Below, piece by piece: positions 1 through 14,499 of a stretch of 64,000 nt of DNA. Position 1 is the stretch's first letter. Each line of letters opens with the position of its first letter. The stretch lies in NCBI RefSeq assembly GCF_009914755.1, contig NC_060947.1; one strand, 5' to 3'. This DNA comes from the human T2T-CHM13v2.0 reference genome, Homo sapiens. The notes beneath the pieces were generated by a model. It ran no database searches and had not been told where the DNA came from. It saw only the letters and a list, made by a program, of their open reading frames with translations. A program made the position numbers and the translations under genes.

Positions 1-207
1 GGTTCAAGTGATTCTTTTGCCTCAGCCTCCCAAGTAGCTGGGATTACAGGCGTGCACCACTATGCCCGGCTAATTTTTTGTATTTTTAGTAGAGACAGGG
101 TTTCACCATGTTGGTTAGGCTGGTCTCAAACTCCTGACCTCAGGTGATCTGCCAATGTTGGCCTCCCAAAGTGTTGGGGTTACAGGCGTGAGCCACCGCG
201 CCCGGCC
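1..207 (-). mobile_element. AluS (Sx-like), truncated by window start
   Basis: Antisense Alu text: ctcagcctcccaagtagctgggattacagg ... gtgagccaccgcgcccggcc. Confidence 0.95.
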
Positions 208-333
208 CATTTCCTCTTTCTTGTTCATTTATTTTCTGTTCATAAAAGAGAGAACCGTGAGATCCCAGAGAATGAGTAATCTACACAGGAGGACAGTCAT
301 TAGTGTGGGACCCTAACTGAACACAGTTTTCCA

Positions 334-784
334 CTGTGTCTGAATAAGGTCCCCCAACCAGTGAATACATTACCTTATACAGCATAAAGGGATTTGGCAG
401 ATGTCATAAACTAAGGATTTTGAGATTGGGACATTATCCTGGATTATTTAGGTGAGTCCAATGTAATCACAAGGGTATTTATAATGAAAAGAAGGAGGCT
501 GGGGGTTCAGAGGGCAGAGAAGGCCATCAGACAATGGAAGCAGAGATTGAAAGGATGTGCTTTGAAGGTGGAGGAAGGGGCCAGAAACGGAGGAATGTTG
601 GAAGCCATGAGAATCTGAAAAACCCAAGGAAACGGATTCTCCCTGCAGAGGCTCCAGAGAAACTAGATTTTCTAGCACCTTAACTTTATTTGGGTGAACT
701 TTATTTAGACCTTCTGGTCTTGTGTCTTGTTTTTAGCCACTGTGTTTGTTGTGATTCGTCATACTATCAATAGGAAAGAAATAC
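334..784 (+). mobile_element. MaLR solo LTR, MLT1C/D-like
   Basis: MLT1 motifs gcagatgt..aaggattttgagat..attatcctggattat..ccaatgtaatcacaaggg and ggattctccctgcagag; boundaries approximate. Confidence 0.8.
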
Positions 785-1107
785 GCCTGCCAACTTGATT
801 TCCTGCCTGGGGCTTTTCCATGAGGAGGAAATAAACAACTGTATTTGAGCCATGCAATTTTAGGGGGTCACATGTTATTGTTGCTCGCTCTATACTACTA
901 ATAGAGAACTTGCGTTCCTCTTCAACTGATACTCTGGAGACAGTAAGCTACTTACCCATCTGGGAGTTGGAGAGAGAGAGAGATTTTGATAGGGTCTATC
1001 TTATAAGTGTCAACTATGTAGAATCGGAGAAAAAAAAAGAATAATAAAAAATGAATTCAACCTCTGAGTGAGAAGACAATCATCAATGAATTACAACCTC
1101 ATGAGAG

Positions 1108-1232
1108 ATAAAGTATAACTACTTAGTGGCATGAGTACCTTGACAAAGTAACTTAGTGGCACGAGTACCTTGGTAAAGTAACTTAGTGGCATGTGTACCT
1201 TTGATAAAGTAACTTAGTGTCAGGAGTACCTT
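1108..1232. repeat. 30-bp minisatellite, ~4 copies
   Basis: acttagtggc(a)..gtacctt recurs at 1121, 1151, 1181 and 1212 (unit aaagtaacttagtggcatgagtaccttgac). Confidence 0.95.
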
Positions 1233-1744
1233 TCTCTTCTTATCTCCTGCCTCCTGACTCTTCCTGGCAACTGTATTTGTTTAAGATGGTAAATACATAA
1301 TTGAATAAAAATGTTTAAAATATTGATGTTGGTAGAAAATATTCCCCATATATATGAAATAAAATAAAATATTTAAATTACATCTGCCTTGATAAATACC
1401 TTTATCATGATTCAGTAATCCAATACCCTATAATTAGTGGTTGCTTTATGTTTAAGAAACTCAACTGCAGAAATTCAAGATAAGGGATTGGTCACTACAT
1501 TGAGATTCTAGGTCCAAAGATTTAATTATCAAGAGTAGATTTGGGGACAGCATTTAAACTCTGCACAATTTCCCATCTCCAAACTTAGACAAAAAATGTA
1601 TTAGAAAAAAAGTATTAGTTTATCAAATTTTTATTCATATAATTCAGAGAGAAAAAAAGTGGTTAATTTTAGATAACTGTTTTACCAAACATATTTTTTT
1701 CTTTGTAACAAAAATGTAAGGGAAATTTATTCTAAAATTATCTT

Positions 1745-2287
1745 GTATTAGTTTTCTATACCACATAACAGATTGTCACAAACTTACTGGTTGAAAACAG
1801 CACATGTGTGTCATCTCATAGCTCTTGTGATCTGAGAATATGGGCGTGGCTTAGGGTCCACTGCACACTTTTACTTGCTGTAATCAAGGTGTCACCTGGG
1901 CTCTATTCTCACCTTCGAGGCTTGACTGGAGGAATCAAGTTTAGGTTGTTGGCAGAACTCATCTTCTTGGGGCTGAGTGAACGAGGGCCCTGGCTTTCCA
2001 CTGGCTTTTGGCTGGAGGCCACCTTCAGAACCTAGTGGCTGCCTGCAGCCCTCTGGGACATGCCTCTCTCCATCTGCAGTTCACACCATGTAAGTTTGCT
2101 GCCTCCGAGACTCTAAGCAGTCTCAGTCACTCAGCTAAGTCTTACATAGTGTAATCAACAGAGTGGTATTCCATCATCTTTGACTTATTCTTTGGGTTAA
2201 AAGCAAGTCAGAGATCCTGCCCACACTCAAGGGGAGAGGAATGCACAAGTCCTTACACCATGGGGGCCATCTTAGAATTCTGCCTAG
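1745..2287 (-). mobile_element. MaLR solo LTR, MLT1E/F-like
   Basis: Starts tgtattagttttcta; ends gggggccatcttagaattctgccta, the reverse complement of the MLT1E-type 5' end taggcagaattctaagatggccccc. Confidence 0.8.
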
Positions 2288-2350
2288 GCCAAGTATATTA
2301 TTAAGAAAGGTCTCTCTCTCTCTCTCTCTGTGTCTTTTTCCATATATATA

Positions 2351-2820
2351 CAACTGACCATTTAACACATGGGTTTGAACTGCATGAGGGTCCACTTATA
2401 CACAGAGTTTCTTCCACCTCTAAGAACCCCTAAGAAAGCAAGACCAAACCTTTCTCTTCCTCCTCCTCCTCAGCCTCCTCAATGAGGATGAGGACCTTTA
2501 TGATGAAGATCTTTATGATACATCATCTTTTTGATGATCCACTCCCACTTAATGAATAGCAAATATACTTTCTCTTCCACATGATTTTCTTAATAACATT
2601 TTCTTTTCTCTAGCTTACTTTATTGGAGGAATAATAATATGTATAATACATATAACATACAAATATGTGTTAATTTATCATTCATGTTATCAGTAAGGCT
2701 TCCTGTCAACAGTAGGCTGTTAGTAGTTAAGTTTTTGGGGGAATCAAAAGTTATATGCACACTTTCAACTGTACAAGGGGTCAGTGTCCCCAAACACCCA
2801 TGTTGTTCAAGGGTCAACTG
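2351..2820 (+). mobile_element. Tigger2a (MER28) DNA-transposon MITE
   Basis: TIRs caactgacc...gggtcaactg; internal ggtccacttata, cctcctcctcagcc, aggctgttagtagttaagtttttgggg match recalled Tigger2a. Confidence 0.9.
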
Positions 2821-4059
2821 TGTGTATGTGTGTGTGTGTATAAGATTATATATATATATAATCTGTACTTTATATATATATATAATCTGAACTTCTTATA
2901 CTTATATATAATCTGTATCATCCTCTTTTAAAATCTAATAAAAACCTAGATTCTTCCTTGAGTTTTTTAACATATTTCCTTTACCTGTTTCCTATATCTA
3001 TTACCTATACCTCTGTGTAATGTGTATTACCCTATCTTAAAAAAGTGATAAAAAATACATCTAATAAAAACCTTGCCTCTTCCTTGAGTTTTTCAGCACA
3101 GTAAATGTTTCCCTGGCCAAATCTGTTGAAATCAAATTTATTCTCATAGTCAGTTTCATCTTTGGCTTTTCATTCCATGAGCGAGCCCCACATCAACCCT
3201 GCATTTTTGTGTATGGACTGCATATTACAAGAGCATTGTCAAATTACCTAGATGTTTAATGACTTAACAAGACAAAAGAAAACTTACAGAATAAAACAAA
3301 AATGATAACCCCCCTCCCAAAAAAGAGTTAGTAATTCAAACTACTACTGATAATTTCCTTATATGACAAAAACATTTGTGAGAGTTGAGCAGAATTGATT
3401 ATTCATCTTGAAATCCAGACATTTCACAGGAATGAGCTGCATTAATCTAAATGAAAACACAAAGGAGGTTTTTGGTTTTAAGTTGACTGCATCTAGCCAT
3501 AACAAACCCATGGAAAGTTCTTATGTGGAATAGTTCTTCTCAGTCAGACACTCCATTTATGGGCACAAGGTTTTAGATGTGATTTGGACCTGATGAGAAA
3601 TGTGAAGTGATGTATATATGTTTGCCATGGGAAGATAACATGTTTTTTACAATATACACATAAAAAAGAGATAGGAATGTTGTATGTGTCTTAGCTATAA
3701 CTCAAAATTAAGAGACATTACCTCCAGGGCTCTTTGAACACTATTTTCAACATATTGGGAATTTTTCAGGAACAGATTTTTCCCCAACTTAAAACCAGGA
3801 CTCACATCTTTGATGTTACACCACATCTTACTTCTGCTACTTGCTTCTGGCTCCTTTTTCTCCACCAATCACTCTTTCTCACTTTCTTCATAGACTCCTC
3901 TTCCTCCTGCACCCAAAACATTCATCCAAAAACACTGTCTGTATTCCCCTCATTCTTCTGGGCAGTCTTGGTTTCTGCATCATTTTTGTTATGCATAATA
4001 TGCTGTGGAGTTTCAAATTTGATGTCCGAGCCCTCATAGCTACCCCATGTTTCAGATAC

Positions 4060-4560
4060 TGTGGTAGGCAGAATAATGACGTCCTCCCCAGAGATGTCCA
4101 CCTGCTAATTCCTGGAATCTGTGAAGATGTTACTTTAGATAGCAAAGGGGAAGGAAGGTTACCAGTGGCATTGAGACTGTAAATCAGCCAACTGCAAAAT
4201 AAGGAGCTTATTCTGGATCATTAAAATGGACACAATGTAATTATAAAGATCTTTAAATGTGGACGAGAGGGTCAGAAAGGGTCTCAGAGTGATGCAGTAT
4301 AAGACGAAATTGACAAGCCATTGCCGCTGTTGAAGAGAGAAGAAGGGATCGTGAGCCAGGGAAGGTAGACAGCCTTAAGAAGCTGGAAAGGCAAGGAAAT
4401 GAATTCTCCCTTAGAGCATCCCTAAAGGAACACAGCCCTGCTGGCACCACCATCCTGGCCCCATGAGGCCCATTTGGACTTTTCATTTCTAGACCTTTGT
4501 GTTGTGCTAAGACACTAACTTTGTGATGATTTGCTGCAGCTGCCATCAGAACCTAGTACA
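4060..4560 (+). mobile_element. MaLR solo LTR MLT1D-like
   Basis: tgtggtaggcagaataatg start; agaagctggaaaggcaaggaaatgaattctcccttagagc; ends ctagtaca. Confidence 0.85.
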
Positions 4561-5545
4561 GATGTCAGCTCTCTGATGGACACAGGTATCTGTTGCATTT
4601 CAGGCATCCAGTGAATTCTTCCATTACCTAAATTAAAGGCACTCTGTTGCCTTTGTGTCTGATCTAGAAAACACAGTTGTTCTTTCTTCCCTGGACCTCC
4701 ACATCCAATCAGCCATCCATTGTGGTGCTTTTTACCTCTTAACTGTTTCCCAGATCTGATCTGACTCATAGCGCCTCTCGCCCTGCTTTAGTATAAGTCA
4801 TTATCATCTTTCATCTGGAGGGACTTAATAGACTAGCGGGCTTCATTGAATATACTTTTAACTGCCTTAAAACCATGCTATATATAGTGATTAGTAACCT
4901 GTCCCAATCAGAAATATGAAACTCTTGTGTTGGTTCTCATCAACTAGAGAATAAAGAGCAGGCCCCTAGCTTGCATCTGAGGTGTTTAGTGATGCACAGA
5001 GCTCCACCTGTCTTCCCTTTTATCCTTCTTGACGTTCTCCATGGCTGTCTCCATGTTTCGAAGAAAACCAGTTTTTAATTCTCCTCATAGAATAGGCTAT
5101 TTGAAGTCTCCATTCAGTTTCCCAAATGGTTCCATTTTCTTTGAAATTCCCTTCTCATCCTTCCTCAACTGGATAATCCCCATGATCCTTCAAGTAGCCC
5201 AGGCACTATTATCCTCAGGGAAATGCTCTTAACTCTACCACTCTGAGCTAGTATCCCTTATTTGAATTCTGGTGGCACCCTTTGTGTGTCCTCTCATCAC
5301 ATTTGCCATTTCAAATTAAAACTATTCTGAGAAAGTGAAAAAGGTGCTGCCTTTGTGGATCAGAATTTGGAATCATTAAACTAAATTCATTTGCTAATAA
5401 AACTTTCTGACATTTTGAGAGGTTAGGGGGCACTTTAAGAGCATTAATGTATTGGAATAATAGCAGAGCAATATATATGCTTTTGGCCAGATAGCAGTTG
5501 ACTTCATCTAAGAAGCGTCTCTTCTTGAAGTTCACAGCTTCCAAC

Positions 5546-5689
5546 AATGGTTCTCAACCCTTGGGGAACATTAGAATCACCTGGGTAGACCAATTAAAGC
5601 AAAATAACTGGAGATGAGAGACCCAGGTAGCAGAATTATTTCAAAGTACCTAGATGAATCTCATATGCAGCCAGAATTGAGAAGCACTG
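5546..5689 (+). mobile_element. MER5A/B-like hAT MITE (degraded)
   Basis: caatggttctcaacc..cattagaatcacctggg..atgcagccagaattgagaagcactg. Confidence 0.75.
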
Positions 5690-5929
5690 CAGGAGGGAAA
5701 TGCTCATTAAGTGGTAAGAGATGAAAGGAATTCCATCTAACTGGATTTAACACTCAAAATGTAGAAGGAGGTTATACTGTAGCCATAACGTCTTCCTTCC
5801 AGCTTTTGTGTGTGGTTTGCCTGTCTGAGCCAGTGTTCTCTTTGTTCCTGCTATCTTTTTGTAAGCTAGCTCATTCATTCTCCTCACATTAAGTGACAAT
5901 TATGACTTAATCATGTCTGTGTTTATTGT

Positions 5930-6940
<1,011 letters not shown>

Positions 6941-7467
6941 CTTGTTTTTGTGAAAAAGGAGAAGATGGCTCCTAGATGCACCATGTGAGATCTGATGTAT
7001 TTTTTTAGACTATGACACTGGCAAAGTAGTTAATGAGCTTTAGAAAAGCATGGAATCTTTCTAAACATTTCCATGAGGGAAAAATAACACGGTATGAAAC
7101 TCTGAGAAATACATTTTGATAATTTAGGAAATATATTAGAAATGTAAAGATGAAGGTTATCTGTCTTTTGCCTAAGGATTTACATAAGGGATAAGATTCT
7201 TCAAAAAAGAAAAGCACAATAGCTGAAAATACTTAAGTGTTCTTAATCAAGTCAAAATCAAGGCAGGCTTCAGTCACAGCAAAAACCGAGGCTCAGGTGG
7301 AAGCTGCAGGTGGCCCCTCCCTGAGCAACCACCTAACTGGTTTTGCCAAATAAGATACACTGGCTGAAAGTTAGAACTGACATGTGGGTAAATGATAAGG
7401 TTTATTGAGAAGCTGTCTATAAGGAGGAGCTCTTCAAGAAGGAGATCTGGAAATATGTCAATCTAGG

Positions 7468-7831
7468 TGATATGGTTTGGCTCTGTGTTCTTACCCAAAT
7501 GTCATCTCAGATAGTAATCCCCATGTATCAGGGGAGAGAGCAGGTAGGAGGTGATTGGATCCTCGGGGAAGTTTCCCCCATGCTGTTCCCGTTATAGTGA
7601 GTGAGTTCTCACGAGATCTGATAGTTTTATGAGGCAGTTTTTCCTGCTTTTGCTCACTCTCCCTCTCCCCTCCCACCATGTAAGACGTGCCTGCTTTGCC
7701 TTCCACCATGATTGCAAGTTTCTTGAGGCCTACCCAGTCATGTGGAACTGTGAGTCAATTAAACCTCTTTCCTTTATAAATTACCCAGTGCCAGGAAGTT
7801 ATTCATAGCAGCGTGAAAACAGACTAATATA
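7468..7831 (+). mobile_element. THE1 (THE1C/D-like) solo LTR
   Basis: tgatatggtttggct...acagactaatata; 5-bp TSD ctagg both sides. Confidence 0.92.
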
Positions 7832-8094
7832 CTAGGATAAAAGAAGAAATTTCTGTGTAGTGTAACTTTCCTCATCTCCCTATGAAACTCAGTAAACTCC
7901 ATATTGTTGATTTTATTTGAGAGAATCCTATGAAATGATGAATTTGCCTTAATGGAATTCCTTAAGGGAGCTCTAGTATTTTGAAAAATTCCATTTGGGA
8001 ATAGTTTCTCTTTCTTTAAAATACGGATTTTTTTTTTTTTTTTTTTTTTTGTAATGTGGACTTTTGAATGAGCGCAATGGAATGGATTTTGGGA

Positions 8095-8713
8095 ATGTTA
8101 TCCAACAAACTCCCAGTGGGAGGCAAGTATCAAACCAGTAATCCAGAAATTTGAAGAGGGGAAATTAAACAAACAGAATTACTAACTACTGACAAAGACT
8201 ACTACTAAGAAGAGATCAAAGAGGTCTCTAAAGAATACCGTAGAACTGGGGAAAAATACTGAAGGAGGAAATAAACTTGGAATGGTGGCCCTGCCCCAGG
8301 GATGGGATTTAGACCTTATTGGAGAGGCTGAGGTTGCAGTCTGCCAAGGAAATGGGTGGAATGAGGGGAAGGGGTTAGGTTTACTGGGATGTCCGAGAGG
8401 AGAGCTGGTCCACAGTTAGTGGGTTGAGGCTGGTACACAGAGATCCAAAAAACAAAAGCTGCTGGAGGGGGACTACTGGGTGTCCCACGCACACCCCCCT
8501 TGAAGTCATGTCACAGGAACAAAGGAAGAACCAGAACCAGGAGAGGAAGCCCCTTTCTTCCTGGGAAAGCCCTCTCATACTGTCTGCTGACAAAACTTGA
8601 CATGTGCCTGATGCCAAAGGAGAAATGTTTAAAGGTTTCAGCTCTGAGCATGGGGAAGCAGAGCACAGAAGGGTGCATTTGGAATTGAAAGACAAAACCT
8701 TGAGAACTGACAC
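8095..8713. mobile_element. Ancient LTR relic (LTR78-like, tentative)
   Basis: ctgacaaaacttgacatgtgcc..gccaaaggagaaatgttt..agaagggtgcatttggaattgaaagacaa..aactgacaca resembles a recalled old LTR terminus; family and extent uncertain. Confidence 0.4.
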
Positions 8714-9652
8714 AGGGAGCAACCTACCTTCTGCTTCCAGGTGCAGCCCCTTTTAATATCAGGAAGATCTCTTATGTTGTAGGGAGCTGCCTGAAATACA
8801 TCCTCCTGTGTTGAGGTACTTGGGGTCATTGTTAAAATGTAAATATTTGGGGAGAGATAGCATTAGCACTTTGTACTTCATAGTCAAAAGGGAATAATAA
8901 TTAGTGATGCGACACCCCCATATGATGATTTTTAAAGATTCTTTTCATATAACCTATCTCTGGTTTTCTGATGATCTCAAAGATGAGCATGGGGCAAATG
9001 GTGTAAGCATAATTTAAGGATTCCACACTGCTATGCAAGTTATAAGGTAAAGGCAAAAGTTCCCTACGCTACAATTGCTTTCCTTTTGGGATTACTTGCA
9101 GCTTTTCTCTAGTATTTTTGCTGCAATAAACCTTCTGATTGAACCTACTGGCATAGTTTTACCCCAGAAGGAGGGATTTTGGATTCTAAAACAGTATCCA
9201 TATATTTATATACTTAAACCCCATAAAATTATTTGTCCAAATTATTTTTAGGACACAAGTTTATAAATCTGAGAAGAACCAAATGCTCAAAATGAAATAA
9301 ACATAAGCCAAATATTGGCCCATCTCAATCATTTTTGTAATGAAGTATTTAGTCTTGGAAAGGATGCATGAGACAGTTTGCTGTTGATATTGTTGTACTT
9401 ACAGCTTAACCGTAGCTAGCTAGCTAGAGACATAGATACGTTTTATATGTATATGTATCAGCATATGTCAATATTTATACATATGTAACCATAATATGTA
9501 ACCATTATATATGTGTAGCTATAACTGATAGAACATATTTTAATATATTTTGTATAGATGTCAATCTCTCATTTTTACATATAAAATTTAGTTTGGAACT
9601 AGTATGGTCAGGCCAAAACAGACTTAAGTTTCTTTTAGTATTAAAGATTACC

Positions 9653-9953
9653 AGCTGGGCACAGTGGCTCATGCCTGTAATCCCAGCACTTTGGGAGGCC
9701 GAGGCGGGCAGATCACCTGAGGTCGGGAGTTTGAGACCAGCCTGACCTACATGGAGAAACCCTGTCTCTACTAGAAGTACAAAATTAGCCAGATGTGGTG
9801 GCACCTGCCTATAATCCCAGCTACTCAGGAGGCTGAGTCAGGAGAATTGCTCGAACCCAGGAGGTGGAGGTTGTGTTGAGCCAAGATCGCGCCATTGCAC
9901 TCCAGCCTGGGCAACAAGAGCAAAACTGTGTCTCAAAAAAAAAAAAAAAAAAA
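9653..9953 (+). mobile_element. AluSp
   Basis: Diagnostic gaggtcgggag..cagcctgacc..catggagaaacc; poly(A) tail; TSD aaagattacc/aaagattgcc. Confidence 0.95.
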
Positions 9954-12397
9954 GATTGCCGTAACTTGTACATATTTTATTTCAGATCATATGAAGGATC
10001 AGATTTGCTGGTGAATATTTATTGAATGCAATCAAATTAATATTAATGCAAAATAATGATTATGTCTTTTAATATAGACTCCAAATTCTTGGACTTCAGA
10101 GTCAGGAAAAAAAGACCTTTTAAATTCCAAGTTTATAGGAAAAAATAACATTGCAGACACATCAAAGATTGGTAATTTGTTAACCTGAGTAAATTCTTTC
10201 TGCTTCTCAAGGATCAAAAACCCATACACTTCTCCAAAAACATGAGCTTCAGCTTCACCAGTCTTGTCAGCTCTTTAAGCAAAGAAATGCTGCTTCCTTC
10301 CTCTCCAGTTTCATAAGGGATTTAATAGCTGTTCTTATGACCTGCACCCCATTCTCATATATAACATTTTCTAATTCAAAGATTCTGGTAGACGTTTCTC
10401 TCTACCTGCATGTTCTAGAAGCTCATCTATGTGCTTTGAAAATCTACACACTCTGCCCCTGTGCTTCACATTTTGCAAACATAATTATGTAGAAAGAAAA
10501 GAGGACTCTTTATTTTTCAGGCCATAAGTCTCCAATATAACTCACACTTAAGAGGGGCTTCTCAGATTAGAATTCTCTCAAATGGGCTCTTGTCACCAAT
10601 TTTACAGGACAGCTAATGAAAACATCCTAGTAATTTTCAGAACAAATAAAGAAAGCAAATGAATACCCTGTCAATGTTCTAATTGAATAGTTCCAACTGC
10701 GCCTGTATCTCTGGGCCATTCAGACTTTCCCAGTTGGACTTTTGTTTCTGTTCCCCCCCCCCCCTCCCCCACTCTTGTAGAGATTCAATGCCCACCACAC
10801 ACAGGGTTTCTTTGCTGTCTGCCCGTAGGGTGGGTCTTCACAGTACGGACTTTGATCTGGCAAGGACTGGAAAATAAAAGCTTCTATCAAAGGTGACTTT
10901 ACCTAGAGTGAGCTTCCTTTTACAGTAGAAGAATAACTGCCCTTTGTTATGAACAAAACTCAGAATGAAAAATAGCTGTCACCTCCAACTCTGCACACTT
11001 GGAGGCTTTTTCTGAGAAATGATGTTCTTCTTAGTCTACTCCTAAAGACAGTGACAAGCAGCTGGGAAAGTGTACATTATTCATCGTTCCGCCTTCCTCA
11101 CTGGAAGGAACGTGGGTGTAGGATAAATAACATTATTCCCAGTGTCTAGGCCAATTTGGGATGCTTTGCATATTTTATTAATCCCCTGCTATTGAGAAAG
11201 ATAATTCATTTGGACTCATGAGCACTGAACTATGAAAAGCCAAGATTTTCCTTTTGTTGGAAATTTTCTGGTATGTCAAAGAAACAAAGTAATAGAACTA
11301 AAGACATCATATATCCAGGAGGGTTGGATTCAGGTCTCAATTTATTTGAAGAAAGATTAGACAAGTATCAACTACAGTATTGTTGTTTTTTTCAGCAAAC
11401 GTTTAAAAATAAGTGTGCCCCTTTAGGCTGTTGGGGTTCTTTGGGAATGCTATAATGGTTCAATTCAGGAAGGAGCAACTAATGAGACCCTGTAGTTCTC
11501 CGCACCCCAACCCCCGCCCCAGTTCCCGAATATTTGCAATTAGTTAATCTTCCCTACAGGAAACCAAAAGTTTAATGATTCCTTACAGGTAATTCGGCAT
11601 GGGGCATGAGTGAAAAGGTGAGTTGAAATGAAGCACAAAATAGAAAACAGTGGATTCCCAGAAAATCCCACCACAGGCAAGGCACACAGCAGCATCCCAC
11701 ATCCCCAGGATGGGAGGAGTTACCAGGTTAATGTGTTTCTCGGGTCTATTTTTGTAACAGCAGCCCGCCATACTCAGCATGCATTCCACCTCTGAAATAT
11801 AATTACCAGGATGTGAAAAATGATAGAATTCACTGAAATGATAATATAGCATCTGTTAAGATAACTTTTGGCAGGGTTCCCAGCTTTTCGTTACTTAAGA
11901 AAAATAATGATGTGTTAGTCACTGTGAGAAAAAGAAAACTCTGAGAAAATGTTAATAATGCCTACAGTGGAAACCATCATATGCATCTGAGAATATCCAG
12001 TGACGAATTTTTTTGGCCTTTATCAGTTATTGCTTGTTCCTCTAAGGAACAATTTTACAGTGGACAAAAAAAAAAAAAAAAAAAAAAAAGCTTTCTTGAG
12101 TACCTAGTGCCTAGTTCACTGTTAGCCAGTAAATACCTTTATGGTTGATTCCTTATCATGTAGGGATACAACTCAGGGAAATCAATAAAAAGAATTTAAA
12201 AACTGGCAAAATTATATATTTTAAAGTAATGTGTACATAAAGGGCACAGTGGAATTAAACTAGGGGCTAAGAATAGGTAGGTAAATTTTCAAAATGTTGC
12301 TGATGTGTGGGGATCTGTCTACACCAACTCAAGATGTTAAGTTTCTATTATCATGCACTGAATGACATGGCTCTTTCATCTTTTCTTCGAAAATGTT

Positions 12398-12546
12398 TAG
12401 GATTACCACATACAATGCAGGATGCCCAGTGAAATTTGAACTCCAGATAAACTGGACACACATTTACCAAAGAGAGATCTGTCATTTACCTGAATTTTAA
12501 ATTACTGTGACATTCTCTGTTTTTACTTGTGAAATCTGGTAACTCT
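12398..12546. mobile_element. MER53 hAT MITE, internally deleted
   Basis: caggatgcccagtgaaatttgaactccagataaac...tttacctgaattttaaatt...atctggtaactct. Confidence 0.7.
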
Positions 12547-13443
12547 GGAAGTGTTGCATATTTATACGTATATGAAGCTTTTTGGTCAATAAAAACAAAG
12601 GAAGTTGAATGATAGCACAGCCTATCAACTGCCCAACATGCCAGAAAACAGTACGATGTAATGTTTGGGAGAAAAAAAAAAACATCATATAAGGTTGGGA
12701 AACCGTGTATACTTTATTCTGTCCTTGATGATTCCAAATTCAACTTAGTATATTAAAATCTCTTAAGAATCCCTACACTGGGAAAACTTTAATAAGCTGT
12801 CTTTAGCCCAGAATTGTATAACACTATTTTGCTAGAAACTAGAGAACCAAGTTCATTTGGGAGAGGGTGAACAGTACTTCTTCTGTGTGTCTGTGTGTGT
12901 GTACATAATATACCTCTAGGAAATATTAGGAAATATGAATTTGAAGATTATAATTTCTGCACAGTTAATTTCAGCATAGCATTGAAAAATACTGCATTTT
13001 ATTTCTATTTAACCAAGTGTCTTCTGAAATATCTTAGCATTTATTATTGGTGAAAGGGAAGGAATTATTTCATCTACCTTTTGAGTTATTCTCAGGACTC
13101 ATGCAAAATAACAATATTATTTTAAAATATTTTACTGGTAAATATTGGACCTTTACTGAAGATCATGCACAATATCTACAGTGAGAAATATTACTATTGA
13201 TAAATTAGGCAACCTTGAAGGTGATTCAAAATAGCAAGAAAGTGTCAACTTGAAGACTCAGCTCAACCTTGCAATTTCACTAGTGCCTTAGACTTTTTGG
13301 TATTATCATCTACACCTGTATATGTGCTGTATAATTCCAAGATGTTGTAAATAAGTTTGCTCAAATAGCTTTCTCTACTTCTTCAGTGGGGTTTGAAGTT
13401 CAACAATTCTGAGCGTATCCTGTCTGGTTTCATTTTTGATGCT

Positions 13444-13650
13444 ATAGTAGTTAAGGATTTGAATTCTGATTCTGACCTACATTCACAATTTGGTTTTGAC
13501 ATGTGTTTGCTATGTGACCTTGAGCAACATATAAGATTGCTCTAACCCTTCAGCTCATCTGTGAATGAGCTGTATATAATAATGATACCTCTTCTCAGAG
13601 GCTTCTGTGAGGGTTCAGTGAAAAAAATACATGTAAAGCATTTAGCCTTA
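13444..13650 (+). mobile_element. MIR
   Basis: Core ctatgtgaccttgagcaa..ctcatctgtgaatg..taataatgatacct..gtgagg..catgtaaagcatttagc. Confidence 0.8.
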
Positions 13651-14066
13651 ATAAAAAGACAGTATCATTATTATTGTGTTGCTAATTACTACTTTATTTT
13701 TGCTTGTGATGTTGCTGCTGCAGTTGGAGCTGTAGCAATTCAAACACTCTGTGGGAACAGCACTTTGGGAACTGAGGCATTTTTTCCAAGGGTTGCTCCA
13801 AGAATTAAATGAGGTGATGTAAAAATATGCTGTGCTTTGACATCAAAGGTAGAATTCTTCCAAAGAATGCCTTTGTCCTGTATTCTCTCAAGTACAAGTT
13901 GTGGAAGGCATGGAGTTTAGAAGAGGGAGGACGGATGATAATATCATCCAAGGATAAGGAAAGGAAATGTGAAGACCCCTGAGGACAGACATTTTCTATG
14001 TGATTGTGCCAAGAAACAATCTTGCCTCCATGTAAGCTTTCATTTTCAGAAACCCTTATGAGAAGG

Positions 14067-14454
14067 TGTATTAGTCCATTTTCATACTGCTATAAAGGTA
14101 CTACCTGAGACTGGGTAATTTATAAAGGAAAGAGGTTTAATTGACTCACAGTTCCACATGGCTGAGGAGGCCTCGGGAAACTTATAATCATGGCGGAAGG
14201 TGAAGGAGAAGCAAACTTGGACCTGCTCACATGGCAGCAGGAGAGAGAGAAGTGCCAAGAGAAGGGGGAAGAGCCTCTTGTAAAACTATCAGATCTCATG
14301 AGAACTCACTATCAGGAAAACAGCATGGGGGAACCACCCTCGTGATTCAATTACCTCTACCTAGTCTCTCCCTTGACACATGGGAATTATGGGTAGTATG
14401 GGGATTACAATTCAAGATGAGATTTGGGTGGGGACACAAAGCCTAATCATATCA
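14067..14454 (-). mobile_element. THE1D-like solo LTR
   Basis: tgtattagtccattttc...ggggacacaaagcctaatcatatca; 5-bp TSD gaagg. Confidence 0.92.
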
Positions 14455-14499
14455 GAAGGGGTTGTCAACAGTCTCAGTTTAGTCCACCCAACATTTCAT

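Noticed and set aside
1108-1232. CRISPR-like appearance of ~30-bp repeats
   Set aside because: Units are contiguous with no unique spacers, no cas genes, and a primate context
12066-12089. Orphan poly(A) (also poly(T) at 8027-8050 and 19431-19450) as retrocopy tails
   Set aside because: No adjacent recognisable retroposed body or TSD; best read as mononucleotide microsatellites
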